Origin: Candidatus Multivoradales bacterium
GTDB taxonomy: Bacteria; Acidobacteriota; Thermoanaerobaculia; Multivoradales; Multivoraceae
Direction: 5' to 3'
Length of the DNA: 64,000 bases
NCBI GenBank assembly: GCA_965223325.1
Contig: CBDCWI010000001.1
Location: 1,824,001 to 1,888,000 of the forward strand
Under the pieces are notes generated by a model, which was given only the letters and a program-made list of their open reading frames with translations, ran no database searches and had not been told where the DNA came from. Below are positions 26,677 to 38,482 of the stretch, in pieces (position 1 is the first letter of the stretch; every line of letters starts with the position of its first letter). The translations under genes were made by a program, and so were the position numbers.

Positions 26677-29383
26677 TCCGCTCCCCGAGATCACTGATCC
26701 AGAGGTCACCCTCCCATTCAAGCTGGGACGCATAAAGGTGCGAGCGAGAGACCGGCAAGCTCAGCCCGTTCCAGGTCCACAGGTCGTACTTCGGAAACGG
26801 CCGGGTTCCCTCAGCAACGATTGCGTTCCCCTCGAGGCGCCATCGCCTCAACTTGCCACCGCGGCTGACGCCGATGCCGAGATCACCCAACGGCTGGACT
26901 TCGAGCGCCCCATCAAGAGCGACCACCTCATCCGTTCGGAGGTCGTGGACGACCCAGTTTGGCGGGCATACACCTATCCGCCGATGGGCATCCAGCCAGG
27001 CGGTTCCGCCTCGGAACGGAATACCCTCGGCACACGCCAGGCCCGACGTATCAACGAGCTCGACCGTTGCCCATGAGGCCGAGGAAGGCGAGGCGTCTCC
27101 TGGCTCGACGCGCCGATAGAGGCGGGGAAGGTGAGCTCCTCGTGACGTCGCCAGCCACTTACCGTCCGGCGACCAGGTGCCGATGTTCGCCGGGGCTTCG
27201 AGACCCTCGATCGCTTGCAGGCCCGTGCCGTCGACATGCACCACCCACTGGCCGTAGCCCTCGGGGCCGGCGAGACCATAGGTGATCCAACGAGAGTCTG
27301 GCGTCCAGGTGGGGAACCGCACCTCACTGAAGTGTTCGGCCAGGGTCGTCATGCGACCGGTCGCAACTTCCAGGACGACCACCGCCTGGGGAGGGAAGAA
27401 ACGTCGAAACGCGACGTAGCGCCCGTCGGGAGAAACCCTGGGCTCGACGTACTGGTTGGATCCCTCCGTCAGTAGTTCGGGTGTCTGGGAAGGCCAACCA
27501 TCAGGTTCTATCGGGTAGCGCACCACATTGCCGGTGAGTGTGTCGTCGGCAAAAAGAAGCCGGTCGGCAGAGGGCGCCACCGAGACCGCAGGCACTCGCG
27601 TTGCCGGAACGGCTAGCGGCACCACGGAGCCAGCTGCACGGCCCTGGGCACCGAGACGGAGGGTAAAAAGCGCCATTGCACCCCCGCGGTTACTCGGGAA
27701 CACCAACTCGCTCGAGCTCAACCATTCGGGTGGCCCTTCGATCGAAGGATCATCGGTGACCGGCCAGCCTTCACCAGAGTCGGCGGAAAACACCCAGATA
27801 TCGCGTACCGACTCGTCCGAGAGGTACCAACCGGCGATGAAGCGACCGTCTGGAGACCAGGCCGGGTCGGCGACGTCCAGATCGGTGAACGGCGAGACCT
27901 CGCGCGTTGTGAGATCGAGCACATCGAGACCTGGAGAAGGAAAGCGATACTCAGGCATCCAGGTCCTGGTGCGTGAAAAGACGAGGTGTCTCCCGTCAGG
28001 TGACCAGTCAGGCGCCGAACCACGTTCTGCAACCCGTCGCGGCGATTCGCCGCTCGCGCCAACGATATAGATGCCGGCAGGTTGATCGGGGCGCAGATCG
28101 AAAAGTCCGCGCTGGAACGCGAGCTCCGAGCCATCGGGAGAAAAGTCAGGCGCGAAGTAGTCGCCCTCGAGGGCTTCGGTGAGGTTCGTGGTTCGTGTCG
28201 CGCCTACGCGCTGGAGGTAGATGTTCCACCTGGGGCTGCCATCGGGCGCCGCGCTTTGCGCCGAATAGGCCAGGAACTTGCCGTCTGGCGAAAGGGCAGG
28301 AGTGATCTCGGCACCAGGTTTCGAGGTCACCTGAAAGCTGTAGGTGGGTACCGGCGCCCGAGCGCTCTGACTGTCTACCGGAGAGCTCACATCACGACCA
28401 AGGAGAAAGGCAGCCAGCCCGCCCAGCAGAAGGCCACCGACGAGCGCCGCGGCCACGGGAAGGACCGACCGTTTCGCGGTAGCCGTCTCGACCGACCCTT
28501 CGGCGACATCGCTGACGGCCTCCAGATCGAGACGCAGGTCGCCGACATGCTGGTAGCGCGCGCGCCGGCGCTTGGCGAGACAACGAAGGACAACGCGCCG
28601 AAGACTCTCGGGAATGCCCTCGAGTTGCGCCGCCTCTGGCTCCTGGCGAAGAACCGCTGCCACGGTGTCGACTACCGAGTCGCCCGCAAAGGGCCTCGAG
28701 CCCGTGAGCATCTCCCAGAGGACACAACCCAACGACCAGATATCACTCCTCGAGTCGACGGCATCACCGCGCGCCTGCTCCGGGCTCATATAGGACGCAG
28801 TGCCCACGACGACGCCCGGGTTCGTCGCCATCGCCAGGGTCGGCGAGTGGGTTGCCGACTCGTGGCCGCCCGCAACCGCGGCGGCCTGCGTGTCTTTGGC
28901 GAGACCGAAGTCGACGATCTTCACGCGCGCCTCGCCATCGATCATCAAGTTGGCGGGCTTGAGGTCGCGATGGACAACTCCGGCCCGGTGCGCCGCTTCC
29001 AGCCCACTCGCCACCTGCGCCGCGAGCTCGCGCGCCTCGGCCCAGGGCAGCGCCCCGCGCTCGCCAAGGTGCTCGGCGAGTGTTCGACCCTCTACCAACT
29101 CCATCACCAGGAACGAAACCGCTCGGCCCTGGCCGTCCGTTTCCTTGTCGAACCCGTGAACGGTCGCCACGTTGGGATGGTTGAGCGAAGCCAAAAGGGT
29201 CGCCTCGCGCTCGAATCGCAACACCCGCTCCGGGTCTTGTGAAACCTCCTCGGGCAGAACCTTGATCGCGACGTCACGCTTGAGGGATTGATCGCGCGCT
29301 CGGAACACCTCGCCCATGGCGCCTTCACCGAGCGCCGCAACGATTTCGTAGTTACCCAGACGTGTCCCTGGCCCAATCGTCAT
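26669..29383 (-). CDS. Ser/Thr protein kinase with TolB/PD40 beta-propeller repeats
   Basis: GEGAMGEV, VAIK, HRDLKPAN, DFG and GTASYMSPEQ; one TM; repeated SPDG motifs. Confidence 0.94.
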   Translation of the reverse strand: MTIGPGTRLGNYEIVAALGEGAMGEVFRARDQSLKRDVAIKVLPEEVSQDPERVLRFEREATLLASLNHPNVATVHGFDKETDGQGRAVSFLVMELVEGRTLAEHLGERGALPWAEARELAAQVASGLEAAHRAGVVHRDLKPANLMIDGEARVKIVDFGLAKDTQAAAVAGGHESATHSPTLAMATNPGVVVGTASYMSPEQARGDAVDSRSDIWSLGCVLWEMLTGSRPFAGDSVVDTVAAVLRQEPEAAQLEGIPESLRRVVLRCLAKRRRARYQHVGDLRLDLEAVSDVAEGSVETATAKRSVLPVAAALVGGLLLGGLAAFLLGRDVSSPVDSQSARAPVPTYSFQVTSKPGAEITPALSPDGKFLAYSAQSAAPDGSPRWNIYLQRVGATRTTNLTEALEGDYFAPDFSPDGSELAFQRGLFDLRPDQPAGIYIVGASGESPRRVAERGSAPDWSPDGRHLVFSRTRTWMPEYRFPSPGLDVLDLTTREVSPFTDLDVADPAWSPDGRFIAGWYLSDESVRDIWVFSADSGEGWPVTDDPSIEGPPEWLSSSELVFPSNRGGAMALFTLRLGAQGRAAGSVVPLAVPATRVPAVSVAPSADRLLFADDTLTGNVVRYPIEPDGWPSQTPELLTEGSNQYVEPRVSPDGRYVAFRRFFPPQAVVVLEVATGRMTTLAEHFSEVRFPTWTPDSRWITYGLAGPEGYGQWVVHVDGTGLQAIEGLEAPANIGTWSPDGKWLATSRGAHLPRLYRRVEPGDASPSSASWATVELVDTSGLACAEGIPFRGGTAWLDAHRRIGVCPPNWVVHDLRTDEVVALDGALEVQPLGDLGIGVSRGGKLRRWRLEGNAIVAEGTRPFPKYDLWTWNGLSLPVSRSHLYASQLEWEGDLWISDLGERNG

Positions 29384-29467
29384 TGGCTCAAACCCAATCG
29401 ATTCTTCGCGGAGTGATCAGGGACTACTCTACCCGGGTCCCTCCAGCCCCGACTTCAACCAGGCGCG

Positions 29468-30586
29468 TCAGCCCTTCTTCTTGATCCGCACGTCGCTGTG
29501 GGCGGTGCGGATCTCGACGCGATGTTCACCGCCGCCGTACTGGCCACGAATCTCGGTGCGGCCGGTGCCGAAGCGCATGGGACCTTCGGCCTTGATCTCG
29601 AAGTCGCTATCGAAGTCGCCGCCGGCGAGGTGCGCCTCGAGTGCCATCGAGTAGTCGGCTGGCAGGGTGAGGCTGACTTCTCCACCGGTGGCATCGATCC
29701 GGATGTCGCCTCCGGCGGTCTTCTTGACGTCGATCTCGCCAGCGGTCGTCTTTGCGCGGACGTTGCCCTCGCGACTTTCGATCCAGATGTCGCCACCGAG
29801 GGTCTCCGCATCGATGTCACCGTCGGTATCGACAACTCGAATCTCGCCGCCCTTTGTATGCACCCAAGCACCGCCGGTTGCACCGACGACACGTATGTCG
29901 CCACCGTAGGTCTCGAAACGCAGGGAGCCCTCGGCACTGGCGGCGCCGGCGCCGTCGTAGGACATGTCGCCACCGAGGGTGCGCACCGAGAGTTCTCCGG
30001 CGACCTCCTGAAGCGCGACATCGCCACCGCTGGTGCTCGCCGTTCCATCGAGCGACGAGTGCTCGATCCTGATCTCACCGCCCAGGGTGTTGAGCTTGAT
30101 CGTGCCCGCGCTGTCTTCGAGGGTGAGGCTGCCGCCACGAGAGTTGACCACCATCTCGCCGTTCAGGTGCTGGACCTCGAAGTCTCCACCGTTCGAGTCG
30201 AGCTTGACGTCGAAGGTTGTCGGCACAATGACATCGATGTCGATCGACCGGCGCCACTTCTTCGGTCGGGTGGACTTCGAGGCCACCAAGAGACCTTGGG
30301 GAGTCTCCCGGGCGGTGATCTCGACGAACTCGGCGTCACGCCCCTCAACATCGATCTCGATCCTGGCCTCGCCGCGCTGGGTCGCACTTTCGTCGCCACG
30401 CAGCTTGACGTCGCCGCCGGCATCGAGGGCAAAGCTAATGGTCTGGCCTGGTTTCACGTCGAAGGTGTATTCGGCATCCCACTCTTCCGCTCTGAGAGAC
30501 GTGCCCAGCAGCATCGAAACGGCCAGGACAAGGACTCCGCGCGCCGAGAAACTGGCTGCGGCTGGAAGGAATCGAGTAGAGGTCAT
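29468..30586 (-). CDS. Secreted DUF4097-like beta-strand-repeat (adhesin-like) protein
   Basis: Signal peptide and repeated (T/S)xGGD(I/V) units. Confidence 0.82.
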   Translation of the reverse strand: MTSTRFLPAAASFSARGVLVLAVSMLLGTSLRAEEWDAEYTFDVKPGQTISFALDAGGDVKLRGDESATQRGEARIEIDVEGRDAEFVEITARETPQGLLVASKSTRPKKWRRSIDIDVIVPTTFDVKLDSNGGDFEVQHLNGEMVVNSRGGSLTLEDSAGTIKLNTLGGEIRIEHSSLDGTASTSGGDVALQEVAGELSVRTLGGDMSYDGAGAASAEGSLRFETYGGDIRVVGATGGAWVHTKGGEIRVVDTDGDIDAETLGGDIWIESREGNVRAKTTAGEIDVKKTAGGDIRIDATGGEVSLTLPADYSMALEAHLAGGDFDSDFEIKAEGPMRFGTGRTEIRGQYGGGEHRVEIRTAHSDVRIKKKG

Positions 30587-31593
30587 AGCAATCGCTCCTG
30601 CGCCCGCTGGCGCACGGCTGGTGGAAGTCTTTCGGCGTGGGCCTCGAGGAGTTCCTCGAGCGCCTGGCGACTGGCGTCGTCGGGCTCGCGGGACAAAGCG
30701 TCGATCGCCCGCAAGCGCATTTGAACCGAGGCATCGCCCTCAATGACCGCCAGGAAGGCGTCGCGCACGGCAGGCGACGACGCCTGGCGCTCGAGACCTT
30801 CGAGTGCGCGCAGGCGCACCGCCACTTCAGGGTCACCATGGAGGGCTTCGATGAGCGCCGCCTCGACGCGCGGGTCGACGGTCGAGCCAACCAACTCGAT
30901 GGCTTCGAGTCGGGCTCCGAGCGCGTCGGGACTGGCGAACGAGGCCAGGAGGGTCTCGAGCACCATCGGATCGGTCGCCGGCCTGACGACGCGGTAGCTC
31001 CGCCGCAGGTCGAACGACATCTCGACCTCGCCGGTTTCCAATCGCGAGACTCTGAGGTCTTCGATCGACTCCTTGCGCACCTCCTCAGCATCGGCTGAGA
31101 AGCGCGCCAGCACGGTGTCGCCAAGGCCAGCGCCACCTGCGGCACCGGAGAGAGCCCCAGGGTTCTGCGCTGTCGCCTCTTCGGCCGAGGGTGAAGGAGT
31201 TCCAGGGGCAACGAAGCGCCCAAGGCCAAACCCCACCGCGAGCGCGATTCCTGCCGCGGCCGCCAGCCTTGGCAACCAACTCGCCCCGGCACGGCTCCGC
31301 AGCTGTCGGGGCGGGCCGGGCCGCGGTGAATCCTTGCGAGCCTCACCCTCAACGCCTGGTATGACCGCTTCGCGCATCGCCCGGAACTGGGAGGCCGGCG
31401 GCAGCACGACGGCCGTCTGCGCTTCGCGCAGCTCGACGAGATCGAAGTGCAGCTCGGTCAAGCGCTCGAGCTCGGGACCTTCCTGACCCCGAATCAAGCG
31501 CTCGGTCACCTCGGGCGATAGTTCGCCGGCCACGAGCTTTTCGAACAGGACGTTCTGTTCTTGATTCAACTGGTCTTCGGTAGGACGACTCAT
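30583..31593 (-). CDS. Putative anti-sigma factor with TM and HEAT-repeat domain
   Basis: Follows the ECF gene; TM LAAAAGIALAVGFGLG; HEAT repeats DPEVAVRLRALEGL and DASVQMRLRAIDAL. Confidence 0.75.
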   Translation of the reverse strand: MSRPTEDQLNQEQNVLFEKLVAGELSPEVTERLIRGQEGPELERLTELHFDLVELREAQTAVVLPPASQFRAMREAVIPGVEGEARKDSPRPGPPRQLRSRAGASWLPRLAAAAGIALAVGFGLGRFVAPGTPSPSAEEATAQNPGALSGAAGGAGLGDTVLARFSADAEEVRKESIEDLRVSRLETGEVEMSFDLRRSYRVVRPATDPMVLETLLASFASPDALGARLEAIELVGSTVDPRVEAALIEALHGDPEVAVRLRALEGLERQASSPAVRDAFLAVIEGDASVQMRLRAIDALSREPDDASRQALEELLEAHAERLPPAVRQRAQERLL

Positions 31594-31683
31594 TTCTCAC
31601 TCTCCTGTTGGCCAGCGAACCTTGCACGCACGACAGGTCGGCCGACCCGTTTGGGCACTCTCTTCTCCAGATCTTCGGTGGGC

Positions 31684-32346
31684 TCAAGCATCGGCGTCTC
31701 CTGCGAGCAGGGAGCGCAAGCGCCGCAAGGCGCGACAGAGCACGACGCGCGCCGCACCGTTGGTGCATTCGAGCTCGGCGGCGATTTCGTCGAGAGAAAG
31801 CTCTTGGATGTAGCGCAGCTCCACCGCCATGCGATAACGCTCGGGCAGCTGGGTCATGGCATGCAGAAGCTGCTCTTTCGACTCGCCGGCCAATAGCCCC
31901 GCTTCTTGATCGGGGCGCGACTTCGCGGCTCCCGCGGAAGCAACCTCGAGCATCTCGTCGTCTGCCGGATCGGCCGGCCGACGGTCGCGGTAGCGCACGT
32001 GGTTGATGCCGGTGTGGACGGCGATTCGCGACAGCCACGTCTTGAACTGGCTCCGGCCTTCGAAACTCTCGAGCTTGCCGAAGACCTTGAGAAAGACCTC
32101 CTGGGTGATGTCGAGGGCCTCGTCGGCGTCGCGAGCGTAGCGAAACACCGTCCGATAGACCCACGCCTCGTGTCGCTGCATCAACTCGTCAAAGCCCGCG
32201 CGCTCACCCCGTCGCGCCCTCGCCACGGCCATGGCGTCGGGGTCTGGCTCGGCCGCGGTCTCTAAATCCCGCACCGCGGCGGGGCCACCGGAGGTGGTCC
32301 AGGTGCGTTCGTTGGAGGGGCGGTCGTTGCGGGTCATCAGCTGCAT
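31684..32346 (-). CDS. ECF RNA polymerase sigma factor
   Basis: DITQEVFLKVF..FEGRSQFKTWLSRIA (region 2) and LPERYR..LSLDEIA (region 4). Start is uncertain. Confidence 0.92.
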   Translation of the reverse strand: MQLMTRNDRPSNERTWTTSGGPAAVRDLETAAEPDPDAMAVARARRGERAGFDELMQRHEAWVYRTVFRYARDADEALDITQEVFLKVFGKLESFEGRSQFKTWLSRIAVHTGINHVRYRDRRPADPADDEMLEVASAGAAKSRPDQEAGLLAGESKEQLLHAMTQLPERYRMAVELRYIQELSLDEIAAELECTNGAARVVLCRALRRLRSLLAGDADA

Positions 32347-32487
32347 CGTATGGGGCCTGTGCGGTCCTGGGGGCTGGCATCCACTGCAATGGACACCACT
32401 TTGTCCCAGGCGTTAGCCCCAGGCTTTCGAGCCCTAGGCGAGTTTTCGACTCGCCCCCTCTGACCGCCTCCTACAAGCCCCTTGTTT

Positions 32488-34148
<1,661 letters not shown>

Positions 34149-34152
<4 letters not shown>

Positions 34153-34631
34153 CGCTGTTCCCTCGCAGATACCACGATGCCATCGGCATCGGCGTACAAC
34201 CAATGACCCGGCACGAAGCGAACGCCACCGAAGTCGAGTACCACGTCTGTTTCGCCCTTGCCGGCCTTGGTGCTTCTGGTGGGGTTGGTACCCAGTGCCC
34301 GCACCGAGTAGTCCATCCCGTTGATGACCGCCGAGTCACGAATGGCGCCGTTGATCACCATACCGAACCAGCCACTGTCGCGACCGCGTTCCGCGAGAAT
34401 GTCGCCAACCAGCGCGCAACGCAGCGACCCGCCGCCATCGACGACCAGCACACGACCGTCACCGGGCTCTTCGAGCCGCTGACGAACGAGGACGTTGTCT
34501 TCGAGGCAGCGAACGGTGGCGATTGGCCCCGAAAAGGCCGTGCGCTGGCCCCAGTGTCTCAGTTGCAGCTCGCAGGCGAACACCTCGTCGGGTGCCGCGT
34601 CGTATAGATCGGCCGTCGCGAATTCACTCAT
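34149..34631 (-). CDS. rraA: RraA family protein (RNase E regulator / HMG aldolase-like)
   Basis: [34 protein letters not shown] and YADADGIV. Confidence 0.9.
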
Positions 34632-34681
34632 TCATGCAGAGTACCGCGACGACGAGTCCCGGGCCCGGCCAAGGGGGCCAG

Positions 34682-35293
34682 TCAGGGGGAGGCGAGTCGC
34701 AACGGCGGTTGCCTGTTGAAACCGCGCGCCGCTCGGCACTCGGCGCGCTTGACCGAACGCCTGAAGAGGTTGTTCGGCGACAGTTTGGCCATGATGTGGT
34801 GCCGACACGCGAGGGTACGAGGGGCATCGTCGAGACCCAGGACGTGTCCCAGCTCGTGCGCCAGGTTGAGCGCCGCATCTCCACAGCTGCGCTTGCTGCC
34901 GTTGCTCCTCACCGAGTAGCGATAGAGCACGATCTCATTGCCACGAAAGACGCCACAACGGCGACCGAGCGAGCGCATTTCACGGCGCACATAGAGGTTG
35001 CGGTCACCCGCCTGGCCGACCAGAAAACTCGGCATACCCCGTGGCGCCTCGCAGCTACTCCACAGCTCGACCGCTTGCCTGACATCGCGCGCGAGCCGGT
35101 CATCTTCGAACAGGATTCCGATCGTCTGGCCCTGGAACATTCGATCGGCAACGCTGGGAACACACTGGGGATCTGGCTCGGCGGCATGCGTTGTGGTGGC
35201 AAGAAGAACCCAACCGGCAAGGAACACCAGCGCGACCGCCGGCAACAGCGGCCGGCCGGAGCGCTTGCTGATCGTCTCGAGGCCCAGGGCCAT
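34682..35293 (-). CDS. Small secreted zinc metalloprotease (metzincin-like)
   Basis: Signal peptide (AHA-like), HELGHVLGLDD zinc motif, downstream HIM Met-turn, several Cys. Confidence 0.7.
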   Translation of the reverse strand: MALGLETISKRSGRPLLPAVALVFLAGWVLLATTTHAAEPDPQCVPSVADRMFQGQTIGILFEDDRLARDVRQAVELWSSCEAPRGMPSFLVGQAGDRNLYVRREMRSLGRRCGVFRGNEIVLYRYSVRSNGSKRSCGDAALNLAHELGHVLGLDDAPRTLACRHHIMAKLSPNNLFRRSVKRAECRAARGFNRQPPLRLASP

Positions 35294-35446
35294 AGGGTTG
35301 CGGGCCTTTCTCTACGTTGGGTTCTCGACGCAGAGCAACCTTCCCGCCTGAGGCCCGACCAGGTCTACAAGTGGGGGCTGAATCACTCCCTGAGGTGATG
35401 AAACGCCAGGTCGGTGCCATCAGAACGGGCGGAGCAAGAGGCGGCG

Positions 35447-35490
35447 CCCGGGCAATTCCCGGGCAATTCCCGGGCGTTTCCCGGGCAATC
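35447..35490. repeat. Tandem repeat, 4 x 11 bp (CCCGGGCAATT consensus)
   Basis: CCCGGGCAATT CCCGGGCAATT CCCGGGCGTTT CCCGGGCAATC in a divergent intergenic region. Confidence 0.85.
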
Positions 35491-35678
35491 GACTGGGGTG
35501 ATTCTGGGATTTCGCGGGGCGGAATGCCTTGGATGCTTCTTTCGTTCGGCGGGGGCTTTGAGACGGGGAACCGCCGGTTGGCCCCCCCAGCAGGGTCATC
35601 ATTGGTCCTCACCTGAACACTCCGGCACGCGCGCCGTAGGTGGCAACAGAAAGCCACTTCAAAAAGGAGGACTCCTCG

Positions 35679-36107
35679 TTGAGCACCCGTGAAACCGCCG
35701 GTACCTTAGGTGCCGTTGCCCCAGGCCGGTTCCTCAGCCGCGCGCTACTTGCCAATGCAGCCTTCTCGATCTTCTGCGCCGTCGCAGCTCTCGTCTTCGC
35801 TCAACCGATCGCCGCGTTCATGGGAGAGATCCAAGCTGCGGACCTTCGCTCGCTCGGCGTTTCGCTCTTCATCTGGGCAGCGGTGGCGCTCTTCGCGCGC
35901 ACCACGGTGCTCAAAGGCCGCACCAATCGCTGGCTCGTGGTCGCTATCATTGCCGGCGACCTTCTATGGGTCGCCGGTAGCGCCCTCTTGCTGGTGCAGC
36001 GTCCGGTCGAGCTCACCACTGGTGGAGCCCTTCTGATCGCCGACGTTGCGCTGGCAGTCGGCGCCTTTGCGGTGGCGCAGACCGTCGGACTCAGGCGACT
36101 CGGATGA
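35679..36107 (+). CDS. Hypothetical 4-TM membrane protein
   Basis: AAGGAGG RBS before TTG 35679; FLSRALLANAAFS..DLLWVAGS..Q pattern. Confidence 0.75.
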   Translation: MSTRETAGTLGAVAPGRFLSRALLANAAFSIFCAVAALVFAQPIAAFMGEIQAADLRSLGVSLFIWAAVALFARTTVLKGRTNRWLVVAIIAGDLLWVAGSALLLVQRPVELTTGGALLIADVALAVGAFAVAQTVGLRRLG

Positions 36108-36123
36108 GAAGCAACGGGAGGGC

Positions 36124-37326
36124 TCAGTCACCGGTCGCAACGACCCCCGCCGTCACCAGAGCGTCGATCGCGTCGGCAGAGAGACCGGCATCGCTGAGGA
36201 CCTCACGCGACTGTTCACCGAGGCGCGGTGCGTGGCCGGGGATTCGGCGCTTGGCACCGCTGAAGCCAGCTGCCGGTCGCGGTGCCCGCATGGCGCCACC
36301 CTCACGCTCTTCCAGCTCGACGATCGAGCCGCAGTGCTCGATCTGCCGATCGAGGTGGAGCTCGGGCAGGGTATTGACTGGTGCGCAGGGCACTTCATGC
36401 GCGTCGAGTAGGGCACAGACTTCGGCGGTCGTGCGCAGGGCGATCTCGCTGTCGGTCCAATCGATGATCTCGACGATGTGATGCATGCGCGACAAGAGGT
36501 CCTGAAAGCGCGGGTCATCGCGACGCTCGGGGCTGTCGAAGGCATCGCAGACCCCACGGAACTCGGCGTCTTGCCCCGCCACCATCACGATCGCGCCGTC
36601 ACGGGTCGCGGAGATGCGAAACATCGACGCCAGATCGGCTGTGCGCACGACCCCGTCTTCGCCCAGGAAACTGTGGTTCCACATCATGTCGCTCCAGTGG
36701 AAGGCGATGCTGGCGTCGAGCATGGACACCTCGACGTGTCGCGCAGGGCCGCCACGGGCGCGATCGAAGAGTGCTGCCGCGATGGCCTGTGAGGTCATAA
36801 GCGCGGTGACCTTGTCGCACACGATCGCCCGCACCAGCTGTGGCTCACCGGAGCCATCGGGTCGTTGACCCTGCGCCCAGGCGATTCCGCTTGCCGCCTG
36901 GATCAGTGGGTCGTAGACCTTCTTCTGGGCGTAGGGGCCGTCTGGCCCGAAGCCGGTGATCGAGACGTAGATCACGTCGGGCGCTTCAGACCGCAGAGCC
37001 TCGACCCCGATTCCCATGCGCTCGGCTGCACCCGGCCTGAAGTTCTGGACGAATACATCGGCGGTCTTGAGGAGCTGTTTGAAAGCAGCAAGGCCTTGCG
37101 GCTCTGTGAGATCGATCGCCAACGAACGCTTGCCACGGTTGACGGCGGCGAAGATCGCCGACACGCCGTTGCGCTGAGTGCCCATCGGGCGGGTGACGTC
37201 ACCGATGACGATCGGCTCGACCTTGATGACATCGGCACCCTGCTCCGCCATAAGCTGTGTACACAGCGGCCCCGAGATGACTGCCGAACAATCAACTACC
37301 CGAACACCAGCCAGTGGTCCGCCCAT
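36124..37326 (-). CDS. CaiB/BaiF family (class III) CoA-transferase
   Basis: PLAGVRVVD, GADVIKVE, NRGKRS, ADVFVQNFRPG, YDPLIQAASG and APRLGEQ. Confidence 0.95.
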   Translation of the reverse strand: MGGPLAGVRVVDCSAVISGPLCTQLMAEQGADVIKVEPIVIGDVTRPMGTQRNGVSAIFAAVNRGKRSLAIDLTEPQGLAAFKQLLKTADVFVQNFRPGAAERMGIGVEALRSEAPDVIYVSITGFGPDGPYAQKKVYDPLIQAASGIAWAQGQRPDGSGEPQLVRAIVCDKVTALMTSQAIAAALFDRARGGPARHVEVSMLDASIAFHWSDMMWNHSFLGEDGVVRTADLASMFRISATRDGAIVMVAGQDAEFRGVCDAFDSPERRDDPRFQDLLSRMHHIVEIIDWTDSEIALRTTAEVCALLDAHEVPCAPVNTLPELHLDRQIEHCGSIVELEEREGGAMRAPRPAAGFSGAKRRIPGHAPRLGEQSREVLSDAGLSADAIDALVTAGVVATGD

Positions 37327-37429
37327 CGTTCTCTCCGCTTGAAAGGAAGGGCGAGGCTACCAGCAGGGCTTCGAAGTCGAGGTCCCCATCTTCAGCATCC
37401 TTCATCCACGCCGACGTCCCGAGAGACCG

Positions 37430-38479
37430 GTGCGCCGGGGGTTCGTCCTCGTCGTAGTCGCCATCCTGGGGGCCGCATCAGCGGTCGGCACCTCTGCTTG
37501 GTCTCTAGAAGAGGAAACTCCCCCACTCCTCCCCGAGCCGCTGCCCAACGAAAGCGCCACCGCCTCTGACCAGGCGACGATGCAGCCCTACGTCGAGACG
37601 CTCGCTCACCTCGGAGTTGCCGCTCCGATGGTGCCGATCCCCGGCGGAACGTTGGAGATCACCTACGCCGGCGACGACGGCGAACAGGCCACCTCGGAGA
37701 CCATCGAGGTCGAACCGTTCTGGATCGCGACTCACGAAGTGACCTGGGACAGTTATCGCCTCTTCATGTTGTCGCTCGACCGCCCGAACGATGACGCCAG
37801 GCCGGCCAACCAGCAATATGCCGACGCCGTCGCACGACCGACCCCCCCGTACGTGCCGATGGATTTCGGCATGGGGGTCGACGGTTTCCCCGCCATTTCG
37901 ATGACCCAGTTCGCCGCCCGGCAGTACACCCGCTGGCTCTCGATGCAGACCGGCCGCTTCTACCGGCTGCCCACCGAGGCGGAGTGGGAATGGGCCTGCC
38001 GGGCCGGCGATCCCCAGGAGCAAGTGAGCGCATCACTCGACGACTACAGCTGGCACATTGGCAACAGCGGGCGCACGTACCACCAGGTGGCAACCCGCAA
38101 AGCCAACGCCTGGGGCGTTTTCGACATGCTGGGAAACGTCGCCGAATGGACGCTCGAAGACTACGACGTCATCGGTGTCGAGCCAGACCCTCTGACAGGA
38201 GTGCGTTGGCCTGATTCGCTCTATCCACGAAGCGTGCGCGGCGGCAGCTATCTCGACCCTCCGGCGAGCCAGACCTGCAACCGCAGACGGCCATCGAAAG
38301 CGGTGTGGAAGCGCTCCGACCCACAGATTCCACGCAGCATCTGGTACCACACCAACGCCCGCTTCCTCGGCTTCCGGGTCGTCCGTCCACTCGAGGCACC
38401 TGACGAGGAGACCATGCGCCGCGCCTGGGAGCCAGACACGGAGTCACTCCGCGAGATCCTCGCCGGCCAAAGCCATTAG
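37430..38479 (+). CDS. Secreted formylglycine-generating-enzyme (SUMF1/FGE-sulfatase) domain protein
   Basis: Signal peptide, HEVTW, YRLPTEAEWEWACRAG, NAWGVFDMLGNVAEW, RGGS and GFRVVR. Confidence 0.9.
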   Translation: MRRGFVLVVVAILGAASAVGTSAWSLEEETPPLLPEPLPNESATASDQATMQPYVETLAHLGVAAPMVPIPGGTLEITYAGDDGEQATSETIEVEPFWIATHEVTWDSYRLFMLSLDRPNDDARPANQQYADAVARPTPPYVPMDFGMGVDGFPAISMTQFAARQYTRWLSMQTGRFYRLPTEAEWEWACRAGDPQEQVSASLDDYSWHIGNSGRTYHQVATRKANAWGVFDMLGNVAEWTLEDYDVIGVEPDPLTGVRWPDSLYPRSVRGGSYLDPPASQTCNRRRPSKAVWKRSDPQIPRSIWYHTNARFLGFRVVRPLEAPDEETMRRAWEPDTESLREILAGQSH

Positions 38480-38482
38480 GCC

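Noticed and set aside
34620-34684. Sec readthrough at the TGA stop of the metalloprotease
   Set aside because: There is no Cys-motif context, and the extension is short and runs into the rraA start.
35447-35490. CRISPR or iteron interpretation of the 11-bp repeat
   Set aside because: There are no spacers, the units are too short, and no cas or rep gene is nearby.
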